A stretch of DNA of 64,000 nucleotides from Octopus vulgaris (Eukaryota). Location: contig OX597814.1 of the NCBI GenBank assembly GCA_951406725.2, positions 222,084,001 through 222,148,000 of the forward strand, in the 5' to 3' direction. The position numbers were made by a program, and so were the translations under genes. Of this stretch, positions 12,728-27,196 are shown one piece after another; within the stretch, counting starts at the first letter, position 1; every line of letters begins with the position of its first letter. The notes under the pieces are model-generated. The model saw nothing but the letters and a program-made list of their open reading frames with translations, ran no database searches and was not told where the DNA came from.

Positions 12728-14645
12728 TAAAATAACATTAATAATAAGGGGAATGGAGATTTGCACATCGATAATTCATTTTGCAGTTATTTACAGCATA
12801 TTATCATGACCTGCATGTTTTTCGACTGCAGAGACTGTACAATGTTGCAAATTCAATCTTGCAATATTTTCAGTGCAGCTTCATCAGGGTCTGTAGCTTA
12901 GGTCCGCTTCCTGTTAAACTGAATGAAGAAAGAGCTTGTTGTTTAGTGTTCAGTAGAAGGTAAGTGTGTTACTATTATCAGGAGTTTATCCCTGCCGTAG
13001 TTGTAGGGGGACGCATGGTCTTAAACAGGTCAAGGTTGTTTTTTCTTTGTTTTTTGCAGTGTTCTTAGTATTTCCTAATGGTTCTGTGTGCTGTCTGTTG
13101 CACTGAGTACATTGTCTACATAGAAGTATTTAGTTAGCTTTCATTCATTTTGGGGGTTTTGGTTACTCCTTTATTAGTATCGTGTATTGTGTAACGTTTT
13201 CATTTAAATTGTCCAAACGTCTATTTGCGTGCGTGAAGTCATTTTAGTGCTCGTTTCTGTCTTGTGTTTACTAATGGGTATTTTGAAGTGATAATTTGGT
13301 AGAGTTCCCCCACGCGTAAGCCACATCTCTTCCCACCTATCTTACTAAGTTTAACAGAACTAATTATTTCCCAATCAACTGAATAGATTTTGTTATTATC
13401 TTTAAGCGACGAAATTAGCCTACGTTGGCCAGTATTATTTATTTTTCCCTATTTTTAAATGAATTTAAATGATTAGTGATCATTTGTTTAACAAAAGTGG
13501 CCTTGCACGAATGCAAAACTATTCCCTATTCTCTGAGGTAATTTTACATCTGTAAACAACGTTTTTGGTTTTATATTTAGAATTTAATGGACAGGGACTA
13601 GTTTGGTTATTTCTGTTATTATTTGCGACATTGGCTTCGCTCGAAATTGTTTCTGAATTATTTTCCATATTTACCGACCTATTTCCGATGCTCTAAATGA
13701 TTTCATTTTGGGAACTACAATTTTTAGGTTGTTCCATGTACTCTTTCTTATGTTACGAGGGAGTTTTTCAGAGTTGTTTCCCCTTGTTTGTCAATTCTAT
13801 TATTATCACTCCTCTGAGGTCTAGTGCGATTAATTACGGTTTCATCGCTTCTGTTAATATTGTTGCTATTTGCTGTTAATCTATTATTTGTATTCTGCTT
13901 ATTACTATCTTCCTGGAAGTTACTGATGTTACTTGCGTTGTGAGCGGTTATAAATTGTGCGAGATAATGGCTAATAGAGGAAACCAGTCGAAACTTATAT
14001 TTATGAAAAATTTTGAGGTTTTTGTTGTTTCTAGGAAAGTGTCTTTTCGACGCCGTATAGAACAATTTAGGGAGGTTGGAATTATTTCCGTAGTATTAGG
14101 AATATTTTTGTTATAATTGATTTTCGGTGTAGTCAAGTTTTTAGCGATAGTACTCTTCTATTTTCATGGTTAGCTCGTTTATTATTGCATCCATTAGCAG
14201 TCAGAGTGCATGAGTTTCCGTGGTGGTTTGCACTCTTGCTAAGGTGCAGCGCATTAATGCTTCCATTGCTATTCTGGTTATTTAATTCTGTATGGGGTAC
14301 AAACCTTTTAATCCCTACAGTTTTTTTTGTCGTTAGGTGCTTCGTTTTTAAACTTACCACCTTTAGTTTTCCTCCCCCTTACTCCTTTAGAACACTGCAA
14401 AAAAAACCTTGACCTATTTAGACCATGCTCCACCTTCAACTACGGCAGGGTTGAACCTCAGGTCAAGTTCCTATTAATAGCAACACAATCTACTGAACAC
14501 TAAACAACTCTTTCTTCATACTGTTTAATTCGAGGTGGACCCAAGGTACAGACCTCCCACGTGTAGGTACGGTAATATGCTGTAAATAACTGTAAAGTAA
14601 ATTATCGATGTGTTAATCTCCATTCTTTTTATTATTTATGTTTTA
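12728..14645 (-). mobile_element. Penelope-like retroelement remnant with inverted terminal arms
   Basis: Arms ~12728-13065 and ~14390-14645 are inverted copies. Interior encodes FPRNNKNLKIFHK..ITAHN, CPLNSKYKTKNVVYRCKIT and LKDNNKIYSVDWEII..KRCGL (RT C-terminus/GIY-YIG). Confidence 0.8.
12808..12891 (-). ncRNA. Decayed hammerhead ribozyme in the Penelope pLTR
   Basis: GACC-CTGATGA-a-GCTGCA...TGCAGT-c-GAAA-aacatgca-GGTC. Confidence 0.6.
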
Positions 14646-15344
14646 TATGTGTGTGCATGCGTGTGTGAGTGTGAGTGCCTGTGTGTGTTTCTATGTATGC
14701 ATATATATGTATACATATTTCTGGATCAAATTAACATTTACCGCTGTACTAAAAATTCGGCGAATGGTTGAGATAGAATAAATGATGTGAAAATATCGAC
14801 CGACTATTAGACAAAGCAAATAAATAAAAGTACTGATACGTGCGTTTCGCCATGTATCAAGAAACATCTTCAAAAGAGGAAAATGCAGTTGTAGTAGTAG
14901 AAGAACACATATTCATGATACATATTCTTGATATATAGAGTTATCGATAAACTAGACGGTGTAAAAGAGGGGAATTACTAATGGAGTGATGAATAAAGAG
15001 AAAGGCGGGAAAAAAAAACGTGAAGCCAAGAGTAAAATATATTACGGAAAATAGAATGGGAGAGAGAAAACGATAAAGGTAAAAAAAAAAGGGACAACGA
15101 AGGTCAATTGACAGTGCTTTGCGGTTAGTTTCGGATACTTGACTTTCAAGGGGATAGTCGTAAAACTAAGCATTGAGGAAGTTCTTAAAGAGAGACGAAA
15201 AGAAAGGAAATCGATTTAGAAAGAAAAAGAGAACTATGCTACATTTTCCAGTCGTCTTCATGACAATCCCGCATAATGACACTCGCATATCAAGCTTCAT
15301 TCGAGTTTATATCTTTTGCGTAAATGCTTTGGGTAATATTGGTA

Positions 15345-15505
15345 TCAAATTTTGGTACTAGGCCTGCAATTTCAGGGGAGGAGGAGTAAGTCGATCACAT
15401 CAACCCCGGTAATCAGCTGGTAATTAGCTTATCTCCTCCGAAGGATGAAAGGCAAAGGTGACCTCGCCGGATTTAAACTCATAACGTAAAGATAAACGAA
15501 ACGCA
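15345..15505 (-). mobile_element. SINE family A, diverged
   Basis: gaaggatgaaaggcaaaggtgacctc..ttaaactc. Confidence 0.7.
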
Positions 15506-15524
15506 TGCTTACATGCACGTATGC

Positions 15525-15558
<34 letters not shown>

Positions 15559-17520
15559 TTATATGCATGCATGCATGTATGTGAGTATATATGTATGCGT
15601 GTGCATGTATATATGCCTGTATTTTGTGAAATTTATAGAGTCACTATACTTTTATTTTTATATAAAATGATATTTATATAAAATATATTTCACTCAAAAT
15701 CTATATCATATCTGATTTCATTATACGAAAATATTGTATTTTGATATTGTATTTTGAAATTTTTGCATTGTTACACACACTTTTTGTTTTAGTTATTTAT
15801 TTATTTATTTTTTGATATTTCAACACAATATATTTTAATGTTTCCGAAATTATGAATAATGTGATTCTTCTGATTAACTGTCTTTGGAATAACTTTCCAA
15901 TACTTCATATCTTCATATTTTCTTCGATTAACGAGCTACATATTATAACTTAATGTCTAATAATATATTTGATACATCATTGCTTTAGACTGTATTACAA
16001 ATTATGAGACGTACGTTCTTATACACATATTTCTTTATAAGGCAAATTCATTCTATATATTTTATGTAGCCCTTCAGTATTATGGACAGGGCCAATTGAG
16101 AGACATCAGTAAATTTATTCTTTCTAATTTTGGCATATGGCCTGCAAACTGAAAGGAAAGGCGTCAAATCGACTATATCAGCCCCACCTTTTGTTTAGTA
16201 CTATATTTAACCCACCTTGAAAGGATTAAACCCAAGTTGAACTCAACAGGATTTGATCTCAGAATGTAAAGAGTTGGAATAAATGACGCTACAGTGAATT
16301 CATATATGTATTTTAATACAATAACTTTATAAGAACCGTTTTAGTATTCTGTATTAAACTGATGTTTTATAGTTATGAGAAAACGGAAATCCTAGGGGGT
16401 TACAGTCCCCACCCCCAGGACAAAAGAGAATAAGATTGACAAGACTGTTATTGGTTTTCACTTCGGAAACGTACGTTTACATTGGATGGATGGAAACGTG
16501 ATCAATATTACCAATATTCCTTTTCTCATATATCGGAATAATCGACTCAACGCTAAAGTCTGATAGATTATTGATTCCATTTTCATACGCAAGTGAAACA
16601 AAACATGTACAATAAACACATGTTAGGGTAGTTATTTAAAAATGAATAAGCAAAAGCTTTAGAAGCTATATTCTTAGCTGTGGATAGGATGTGGTATGTT
16701 GCCATGACATGTTGTTTGAGACACTTGAGTCCCGGTCAAACCGACGCCTGTTTGTGTGGTAAATAAATCACAATACTAGAGGGGATTAGAACTTCAACTT
16801 CGGATAAACTTCATAAAATTGAGATTCAACATATGGTGATGGAGACGGATTATGTTTTTAGTCAAAACAAATTTACGTTCATCTAGTCCACTAAAATTGA
16901 CTGTGGGCGCCGTCAGACAAATTTACTAACTTTAACTAACGAATTGACCGAGTCGTAAAAGCTTCGAATACATTTCCTTGCAGGATATCTTCTGGTTATC
17001 TCTCCTCTGAGTTCGAATATCACTGAAATCAAATAAGTCTTTAAATTTCCGGAGATGTTAAAGCACCAGTCCTATACCGTATATTCTTTGAGTCATCCAG
17101 TATTCTACTGTTCCACTCAAGTCTAACCGTTGGTACTGCGATATTACCTTACGCCTTGCTCATTCACAACTGATTATTTCATGACTAGCATATATTTCAT
17201 TAAACACAAGAAATGATAATACAAAAGAGACCAAGGAAGGATTTGATCTTATGCACTAATCCTCAAACTTCTAGATGTATTACCCCGGCTCAATGCCTGA
17301 AATTGTTACAGCTGTGAGGAAAGTAATAAGAAACTAGATTTTTGTTCTTTAATAACATCTCCATCAATTCAATAAAAGAGAACTTTCGCTGGATTTGCTA
17401 CGAGCTAATGATGCATTTGTCTTGAACAGAATATTTTTATATTATGCAGTTACTCTATGGGACTTTGCAAATAAAAGAATGTGCAATCATCTCTATTGTT
17501 CACATTGCAACGGAAAATAC

Positions 17521-17664
17521 ATAAGTGAACGTTTATGCTGACAGTCACGCTCTCGATAATAGTATTCACTTTTATTGGTCACTTCCGCCTTTAGAATCGC
17601 TTCCCACTTCGTGTAAAACCAATATCTCAAGAAATCAGCATATCTGGATGAGGACACTATGCTT
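17521..17664 (-). CDS. Candidate downstream exon of the CUB gene
   Basis: ttgaacag acceptor; open frame in phase 2 (SIVSSSRYADFLRYWFYTKWEAILKAEVTNKSEYYYRERDCQHKRSL), compatible with the preceding candidate exon; donor uncertain. Confidence 0.25.
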
Positions 17665-18529
17665 CTGTTCAAATGAACGGATATTGAATATAATGAATAT
17701 TATACTTTTTGTATTTGATGGGGAAATATTATTCACAAGGTTTAATATTTCAAAAGTTTCCAAAAAAATATTTGCCTAAATAACGATAAAGTGATATATA
17801 TGTATGTGTGCTTGTATCTACTTTCATCCTTTTCTTGATTTCAGTCATTTGATTCTGGCCATGCTGGGACATTTCCTTGACGAATTTAGACGATCAAAAT
17901 GATTTCTTTATTTTTAAGTCTGGCATATATTGTAACGAACCGCATTTAACGAGCCACTAACTTCTAAGGGCATAAACAAACGATGATCGGCTAGCATACG
18001 TCCACACACACACACTCTCTCTCTCTTTCTCTCTCTCTCACTCACTCTCTCTCTCTCACATGCACACGTGTATATACACACCAGTACACATGAACACATA
18101 CACGCGCTCATACATGTTAGCGTGTGGGTGTGTAAATAACTGGATCTCCTTTTGATCCGTGGTTGAATATTCAGTTGTTCGAACAAGTGATCTTCCAGCA
18201 GAATGAAATGACCTCTGAGTGGGTGAACATTGTATAGATACGCGTAGTATTAGCATAAATCTCAGAGAGAATCAGTGTGACACATTATGTGGCAATCACA
18301 CTCACAGTCTTGCATATAGCTTCCTACTATCCATTTTCATCCAGTTATTATCGATCAATCCATGTCTTTGCTCATTACATCATATAGTCAGATGAAAACT
18401 GATGCCTTGATGCTATTTCACACACACACACACACAAACTCATACATATTTATTCGAACATATTTTTATTCGAAAGTCTATGAGTATTACTTAATACAGT
18501 TTTTGAAGTGTAAAGGTGATTTTTGTAAG

Positions 18530-18948
18530 AAAAATTATTTTTAAAAAAATGTTATGAAAATGAGGAAGTTACTAACCTTTTTGGGGAAGAATTTTTTTTT
18601 AGTGCACGAACAATTCGTTAAAACTTTTCAAACACACACACACATACATACATACATACATACATACATACATACATACATACATACATACATACATACA
18701 TACATACATACATACATACATGCATACATACATACATACATACATATATATATATTATTATTATTAAAAAATTATTTTTTTAAAAATGTTATGAAAATGA
18801 GGAAGTTACTAACCTTTTTGGGGAAGAATTTTTTTTTAGTGCACGAACAATTCGTTAAAACTTTTCAAACACACACACACATACATACATACATACATAC
18901 ATACATACATACATACATACATACATACATACATGCATACATGCATAC

Positions 18949-19010
<62 letters not shown>
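18530..19010. repeat. Near-identical ~237-bp tandem duplication including (CATA)n
   Basis: A unique ~100-bp block is repeated at ~18530 and ~18767. Confidence 0.9.
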
Positions 19011-19014
<4 letters not shown>

Positions 19015-19543
19015 AGTTCACTTAAAATGTTGGTCAGTGTTATCGTGTTGTCGGTAGCAGAATGCACTTGCCCAACTTATTGCGCTGTGCGATCGAACCC
19101 AAAACAGCGTAGTTGTGAAGCAAACGGCTTTACCGCACAGTCATATCGAGAATTTCCATATAAACATCCAAAGCGTTATAACTCTTTGACTTGCTAAGGA
19201 GAGTCTCACTATATATAAAAAGATTAATGAATACTTATTTTGATTGATGTCTTATATGCATGGTACTGGTTTCTTACATGTGCGCTTATCTAATAGACTA
19301 AACAGTTTATGCTAAACAGTAAATAAAACGTAAAAGGAAATGGCTTACTGCATAAATATAGATGCTATTGCGTTCTTCCAACTGCACAGAACATGAAACA
19401 CGTATGTTAAATGAGTCGGCTTTCATTAAGAAGACACATATTTTTCAACATAAATGATATTAAAATCAGAGTGAATCTGGCGGCATTTAATACCTACCGA
19501 AATATACTTTAACTCTTATAATGTCAAGATTGATGTTACATAC

Positions 19544-19613
19544 CTTGTACTATTCGAGGGCAATACTATTCTTGGGCAATTTTGAAAATATAATGAAGGA
19601 GTTGCATATTTTT
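19544..19613 (-). CDS. Candidate downstream exon of the CUB gene
   Basis: cttag acceptor, AAG|GTATGT donor, open in phase 1 to phase 2: (E)KYATPSLYFQNCPRIVLPSNST. Confidence 0.35.
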
Positions 19614-21377
19614 CTAAGATGGTGGAAAAGTCGATCTTTACTGCGTAGGTAGTACTGCAGATGTAATTTCAAGAAACAGTATCTTTTAAAGCTATATTTT
19701 TACATCTTTAACTTTCTAGATTGCTATCTATTTATTTTCACTTTAAGTTGGGAAATGAATGATCTTAACAATAGAACGAAATCAAAGACATTATCTATAA
19801 TATTATTCTTCAAGATGAAGTTTCAACAAAAATTAATGCGTCGATTTGAAAAATAAAAGAAAACTATAAAAATGCCGTATCCTAAATTTTTTAATTCTTA
19901 TTTTCTTTGCTAGCATGCGCAGTCTATTTTTGTCCGCATTTTATAAGCAAATATTTTGCAATTGAGCAGATGATAATTAATCAGACTGAAGTGCACGACT
20001 CGCGGTCGTAAGAACGCGGTTTCGATTCCCAGACCCGGCATTGGGAATGTTTATTGAGCAAAAACACCTAAGCTCCACGCGGCTTCGGCGGGGGTGGTGG
20101 TGAACCACGCTGTACTCTTTCATGACAAATTTCTCTCACTCATTCTTCCTACTTCTGCCACAAAGCAGAGGAACCATTGTGTAACCCACTATGGTGTGGT
20201 AAACTTTCAGACCCTAGTCTAGATTGCGAATCCTCTGTACCCCAGGATGGTTCAGCTCTCCACCTGTTAAAAGCCACCGTTTACGGAATGAGGATAACAA
20301 CGTAGCTTTCGCGCCCGTGCAACCGCCAGTCTATCGCGTGTGGTGGGTGGATCTTCAAGTTGCCACACGCATTCTTAGTAGCTTAGAGTAGGCTCGAATT
20401 AGAGATCATTCTTTGTGGCTAATGGCTTGAGTCCTGATTGGAAGAAGAACAACAACCACTATACATATCAGTAACAAGACTCGGTTCAATTTATTTGCTA
20501 ATCCAGATTAGCAAATTTCTCTCTCTATTTCTCTCTCTCTCTCCCTCTCTCTCTTTCTCTCTCTCTTTCGTCATACACACATACATACATGCATTCATTA
20601 TATGTGTATGTGTATCTATTTATCTCTTAACATATCTATCTGTGTATCTCTTCATATATCTGTAGAATTACCTACTTACCGACCTACCTACATATCCTCC
20701 ATGTCTGTATGTCTACCTACCTCTTACCTACCTACCTCAATTTAATCACAATGTTTAAGTTAAATCATAGTTATAATGGAAAATACTTCGCCAAGATGCC
20801 ATGCGCTGGGAATTAAACCAAGATTTAGGGATTCCAAAGCGAACTTCTTACGCACTCGTCCATAATGCAAACATAAACACGTACAAAGAAGCAAAAAAAT
20901 AAGTACTAACAGAAACACACATTCACACATACACGAGTGCAAACACATACAAAAATGTGTACACATATGCACTTAAATTATTTTACTCCTTGGCAGAAGT
21001 TTACATTTAATTCTGACGCACTCCTCTAAGGTAACTTAACGTTTTCTTTAGCTAAGAAACAAAAGAAAAGAAAAAGTTTGTCTGAGAGTGATTGTCATTG
21101 CTTTCCAGATTCGAACTACAATTTATTGAGTCGGTACTCCATGTGCACCCATCACTGCTGCACTGCGTTCATGGTCAAGATACACGAAGAACACCTTGTA
21201 GAGCCAAATAAGTAAGAGTATATTTTGCATTGTTGTCACTGTAAGCAACGTCAGTAAGCAGCGTCAGCACTGTAACACTGACGCATGTTCGGTTTGTTCA
21301 CAGTGCAAATTTCAAGTGTTCATATACCCATAAATAGTATGGATATGAAAATCAGCTGGGCAGGTTGCACATTTACA

Positions 21378-21725
<348 letters not shown>

Positions 21726-21811
21726 AATCCAAACGGGAAACAAAAAAACAACAACAAGGGAACAATTACAGTATTATTATTAATAGGCGCTCAGGAAATG
21801 GAAGCAGGGAG

Positions 21812-21846
21812 GTATGACGTTTCGAGCGGAGCTCTTCGTCGGAAAC
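21812..21846 (-). ncRNA. Minimal hammerhead-like motif (Penelope type, U4C variant)
   Basis: GTTT-CCGACGA-a-GAGC(tcc)GCTC-GAAAC-GTC-ATAC. Confidence 0.55.
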
Positions 21847-22014
21847 ATAAAGAAGGAAGAGAGAGGAAAGAAAGATCCCGGAGCGGGCAACGGAGATAGA
21901 GAAAAAAACGGCTGGTGTTAGGAGTAGCACATAGTGAAAGGCGGATGTTTACGATAACAAGAGCAAAGTGGGTTTTTAAAGGCAAAAGAGTGGAGACAAG
22001 GTTGGTAACGCAAC

Positions 22015-24700
22015 AGATGTGTGTGTATGTGTGAGTGTGTGCGTGTGCGTGTGTGTATGTGTGTGTGTGAGGCGAGGTAAAAAAACAAAAAATATATGTA
22101 TGTGTTAGTGTGTGCGTCTGTGTGTAGGCGTGTGAGGTAGGGCGAGACGGTGGTCAGCATAGCAGCAGCATAGCAGACAAAGGTCAGTAGTGAGAAAAGG
22201 GAGGAAGGAGGAAGGGAGGGAGGGGAAGGGGTGGGGGCGTATGTAGCGTGCCAGCGTGTGTTGAGTAGTAGTGTGTGTGTGTGTCCAGTGTCGTGGTAGT
22301 ATTAGTGGCGAGTAGATTGAATGTGTGTAAGAGTGATGTATATGTTTAAGCAATGTGTGTATATGTGTGCGCGTGTGTGTAACGAAAAAAAGGGGGGGGG
22401 GTTAGGAAAAGGACTCCAGCGGAGGGGAAGATGGAAGAGTGGTCCCGCGGAGACGGGCGTGGGAAAACCCAACGACAAGCGACATCCCAGGAACGGGCGG
22501 GAGGTCTCGTCGGGTCCAAGGGCGAGGTGCATGCGGGCGCATGCGTGCGCGAACCGGCGCAAACGCGTGTGTGCGCGAGCCTGCGAGTGTGCGCGTACGT
22601 ATGTGTGCATGTGGATGTGTGAGTGTGTCTGTGTGTATGTCTGGGTGGCAGTGTGTCCGATGAATGTATGTGAGTATGTGTGTATGTATGTGTGTGCATA
22701 GATGTATGTCCGTGTGTGTGTGTGTGTGTGTATGTGTGTATGAGTGTGTATGTATGTACGTGTGGGTGTGGGGAAGTGTGTGTATGTGCATGTGTGTGCG
22801 CGAACATACAGGTGTGTGAGTGAGTGCGTGTGTGTGTATGTATGTGTGAGTGTGTATGTATGTGTGTGTAGGATGCATGTATGTGTATGGGTGTATGTAT
22901 GCGTGTGTGTATGTATGTATGTGTACGTGCGTGTGTGTGTGTGTATGCGTGTAGGTGTGCGCGTGTGCATGCGTGCATGTATGTGCGTATGTGTGTGTGT
23001 GTGCATGTGTGTGGGTATATATGTGTGTGCGTATATGTGTGTGTATGTGCGTACATGTGTGTGTGTGTGCATGTGTGTGTGTAGGTGTGTAGGCGTGTGT
23101 GTATAGGTGTATGTATGTAAGTATGTATGGGTGTGTCCGTGTATGTGTGTATGTATGTGTGTGTATGTAGCTGTGTGGGCGTGTGTATATGTGTGTGTAT
23201 GTAGGTGTGTAGGCGTGTGTATATAGGTGTATGTATGTATGTCTGGGTGTGTCCGTGTATGTTTGTGTGTGTGTGTGTGTGCATGTGTATGTAGGTGTGT
23301 GTGTACGTGTGTAATGTATGTGTGTATGCGTGTGTATGCGTGCGTGTGTGTATGTAGGTGCGTGTGTATGTGTGTGGGAGTGTAGGTGTGTGTGTGCGTG
23401 TGCGTGTTTATGTTGGTGTGTGCGTATGTGAGTGTGAGTGTATGAGTGTTTGTCATGCATGTGTGTGCGTGCAGGTGAGTGTGTGTGTAAGTATGTGTGT
23501 GTGTATGTTTGTGTGAGTGTGTATGTGTGTATGTCTGTGTGTATGTATGTGCGTATAGGAGTATGTAGGTATGTGTGTGTGTATGTATATGGGTGTATGT
23601 ATGTGTGTGTGTGTGCATGTGTATAAGTATATGCGTGTGTGCGTATGTGTGTGTATGTGTATGTGTGTGTGTTTATGTATGTGTGTATTTATGTGTGTAG
23701 GCGTGAGTGTGTAGATGTATCTATGTATGGGTGTGTGTCAGTGTGTGTTTGTGTGTGTGTAGGTAGATGTGTGTGTCTGAGTGAGGGTATGGCTGTGTAG
23801 GTGTGTGTGTGTATGAATGTAAGTGTGTGCGTATACAAGTGTAATGTATGTATGTGGGTGTGTGTGTGTGTGTATGTGTACGTGTGCGTGTGTATGTGTG
23901 TGTGTGTATGCGTGTGAGTGTGGGTGTATGGGTGTATGTCTGTGTGTGTGTATGTCTGAAGTGGGTATGTGTGTGTATGTATGTATGTGTGTGTGTGTGC
24001 GGGTATGTGTGTGTGTGTATGTGTGTGTGTGAGTAGGTGTGCGTGTATGTATGTGGGTAGGGATGCATGCGAGTGTGTGGGTATGTATGCAAACATACGC
24101 AAGCGCACATCCGAAGCAAGCCCACACACACGAAGCGCGCTCACGCACACAACGCACAAGCAGTGCAACGCAAGCCCAAAGGGGCCGACCGAGCCCCCAG
24201 CGCGCGCCAAGGCGCGCGAGCGCAAAGGCCCTCGAACGCCCCGCTACGCGGGAACCGAGGATCCATCAGCCAAAACCGGAAAGCAGAAAAGAGGGGGGCT
24301 GCCTGGATGCAAAAAGGTGTATGTGTGTGTGCATTCAGTGTACGGGTGTGCATGTGTGGGTATGTATGTATGTATGTGCCTACATGTATGTGTGCATGTG
24401 TGTGTGTGTGAGGTATGTACGTGCGGTGTGTGTGTGTGAGTGTGTGTGTATGTATGTGCGTATGTATGTGTGTGTGTATGTGTGTATGTATGTCTGTGTG
24501 TGTGTGTGTGTGTAAGTATGTATGCGTGTGTGTATGTATGTGTGTGTGTATGTGCATGTGTGTCTGTAAGTGTGTGTGATTAAATGTGTGAATGTATGTA
24601 CATAGATGGGTCTACGTATGTGTGTGTGTGAACAGGCGTGTGGGAGGTAGGTAGGTGGGTGGGAGGTAGGTGGGTGGGTGTGTGTGGGTGGTGTGTCCGG
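22015..24700. repeat. Degenerate (TG)/(TATG) array with GC-rich islands
   Basis: Direct reading; source of the HT/CV pseudo-ORFs. Confidence 0.85.
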
Positions 24701-24734
<34 letters not shown>

Positions 24735-24752
24735 GGTCTCAAGAGGAGGGGG

Positions 24753-24802
<50 letters not shown>

Positions 24803-24813
24803 TCAGCTTGATT

Positions 24814-25040
24814 AGGCAGCGAGCTGGCAGAAACGTTAGCACACCGGGCGAAATGCTTAGCGGTATTTCGTCTGTCGTTACGTTCTGAGTTCAAATTTCG
24901 CCGAAGTCGACTTTGCCATTCATCCTTTCGGGGTCGATAAATAAAGTTCCAGTTTCGCACTGCGGTCGATGTAATAGAATTAACCCCTTTGTCTGTCCTT
25001 GTTTGTCCCCTCTATGTTTAGCCCCTTGTGGGCAGTAAAA
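24814..25040 (+). mobile_element. SINE family A, full length with TSD
   Basis: tRNA-like head; acattcagcttga duplicated at ~24799 and ~25051. Confidence 0.9.
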
Positions 25041-25673
25041 AAATATATACACATTCAGCTTGAAATGCAACGTGTGCGACACAGCAATTATTTAATTAAT
25101 TACATAATATATAACTGCCATGAACAATTAGTTTCATTTGGACTGGAACTCGAAATGATGGTTTCTAATATAGGTAACATAGCATTGTCTAAGATTTATG
25201 AAATAATTAATTCTGTCTGCGTTGTATCTAGTAAACTTTATCGAAATTTATTTCTTTATAGCACAATAGCTTTGAAAATTTTAACTACTCGAAAACCAAC
25301 ATAATATTTTTAAAAAAGCAACACTCATTATATTCTCTTATAGAATTTCGTTAAATAGAAAATTTAAATAATTCACTCGTTACGTTAGTTAAATGCTTAT
25401 TTTTAAGAATAATCAACGCATTAAAAATCTTCACATGCATCCATTTAGTTCGATAATTGTTTGTGTCGTGTAACTTGACTCCGTAAGATCGTGTATGTAA
25501 TTGCGTACGTACAATGAAAGTTGTATGGGGATATAGATTTCTTAAAGAGTTATTTACATACAGTTAAAACGGCGGTTAAACCCATTTACGACAAAGGGGC
25601 TTCCCATAATCTTACAGGAAGTTCTCACTTCGAAGGTATATAATACAAATAGTACAGAATATGTATATCTATG

Positions 25674-25723
<50 letters not shown>

Positions 25724-25724
<1 letters not shown>

Positions 25725-25967
25725 TGTTACTTATTTGATTCATTTTGACCACTGCCATGCTGGAGCACTGCCTTTAGTCAAACAAATCGACCTCTGGACT
25801 TATTCTTTGTAAGCCTAGTACTCATTTCATGGGTTTCTTTCGCCGAATCGGTAAGTTATGGGGATGTAAACACACCAGCATCGGTTGTCAAGCGATGGTG
25901 GCGGGACAAACGCAAACAAATACATACATAGTATATACATATATACATACATACATACATACACACT

Positions 25968-26042
<75 letters not shown>

Positions 26043-26318
26043 GTTTATATATTTATATATTGTTATATATATATATATTTATTGGCTAAACTGGCAAAAT
26101 GGCCATTCCGAAATATAACAATATATATTTATATATATGTATATACATATACACGACAGGCTTCTTTCAGTTTCCCCTCTACCAAATCCACTCACAAGAG
26201 TTTGGTCGGCCCGAGGCTATAATTGAATACACCTTGAAAGGTGCCACGCAGTGGGACTGAATCTGGAACCATGCGGCTTGTAGGCAAGCTTTTTACCATA
26301 CAGCCACTCCTGCGCCCA
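25724..26318 (-). mobile_element. SINE family B, full length with expanded internal microsatellite
   Basis: ggcgcaggagtggctg head on the minus strand; internal TA/CA array. Confidence 0.9.
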
Positions 26319-26324
26319 TATATA

Positions 26325-26781
26325 TAGGGGACGTGAAGATGATTTAGTAGTTCAGTATGCTAAAAACTGGGCCAAAACGCCGCAGAAACCGTATGAAATG
26401 TTCCAGATTAGTTAGAGATTAACTTGTATGAGCCGAACACCTATTTTTCACTGGCAAAATAGTCCAGGCAAGCAAGTCCATATAGGCGCTCCTGAAAAGA
26501 GCAGAGCACCTGCAAAAGGGCCTGGAACCGGCACCAGACCACAATTCCCCCCTTGTAACTGGTCCCTCACCCACCTTACTGTCCATACCTTGGTCACCGT
26601 GATTTTTGCTTACTACTAAAACTGAAGGAGATGAAGGAAGAGTTCACTGGGTTTCTGGACACCTTCCCTTTGGAGGAGTTTCATAGTTGGAGCTCTACAA
26701 ATACATTGAAGTCAGGGGCTCCAATTTTGAAGGAAATTAGAGAATTGTCTTTGAAAACTTCTGGAAAGCACCTATCGTGTA
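26325..26781 (+). mobile_element. Internally deleted mariner remnant
   Basis: KLGQNAAET (N-terminal) and PHPPYCPYL..DF (HPPYSPDL-like) motifs. Confidence 0.6.
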
Positions 26782-26785
26782 CGCA

Positions 26786-26839
<54 letters not shown>

Positions 26840-26846
26840 TTCACAT

Positions 26847-26888
<42 letters not shown>

Positions 26889-27150
26889 ACACACATAAAC
26901 ATAGATAGAAAGGTAGATACATATGAATACATGTATATTTGTATGTTCGCGTGTGTGAACATATGCGTATATATATTACGGTGTGTATGAGTGTGTGAGG
27001 CCTGTGACTTTTTCTGCATATCTTCATTAAAAATGTTCGTTTCAGTATCATATTCGTACCGACTGAAATAGTATACTAAACAGAAATGAGGATGTCATAT
27101 GGAAAATTCAATACTTATACAAGTAAGACGTATATAAATACTCATTCACA

Positions 27151-27196
<46 letters not shown>

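Noticed and set aside
14838-14876. TTGAAGA..GAAACGC hammerhead-like relic
   Set aside because: C3 is mutated and helices are weak
22302-23618. 438-aa His/Thr ORF and similar HT/YI/CV/poly-N ORFs
   Set aside because: They are translations of microsatellites that lack stop codons
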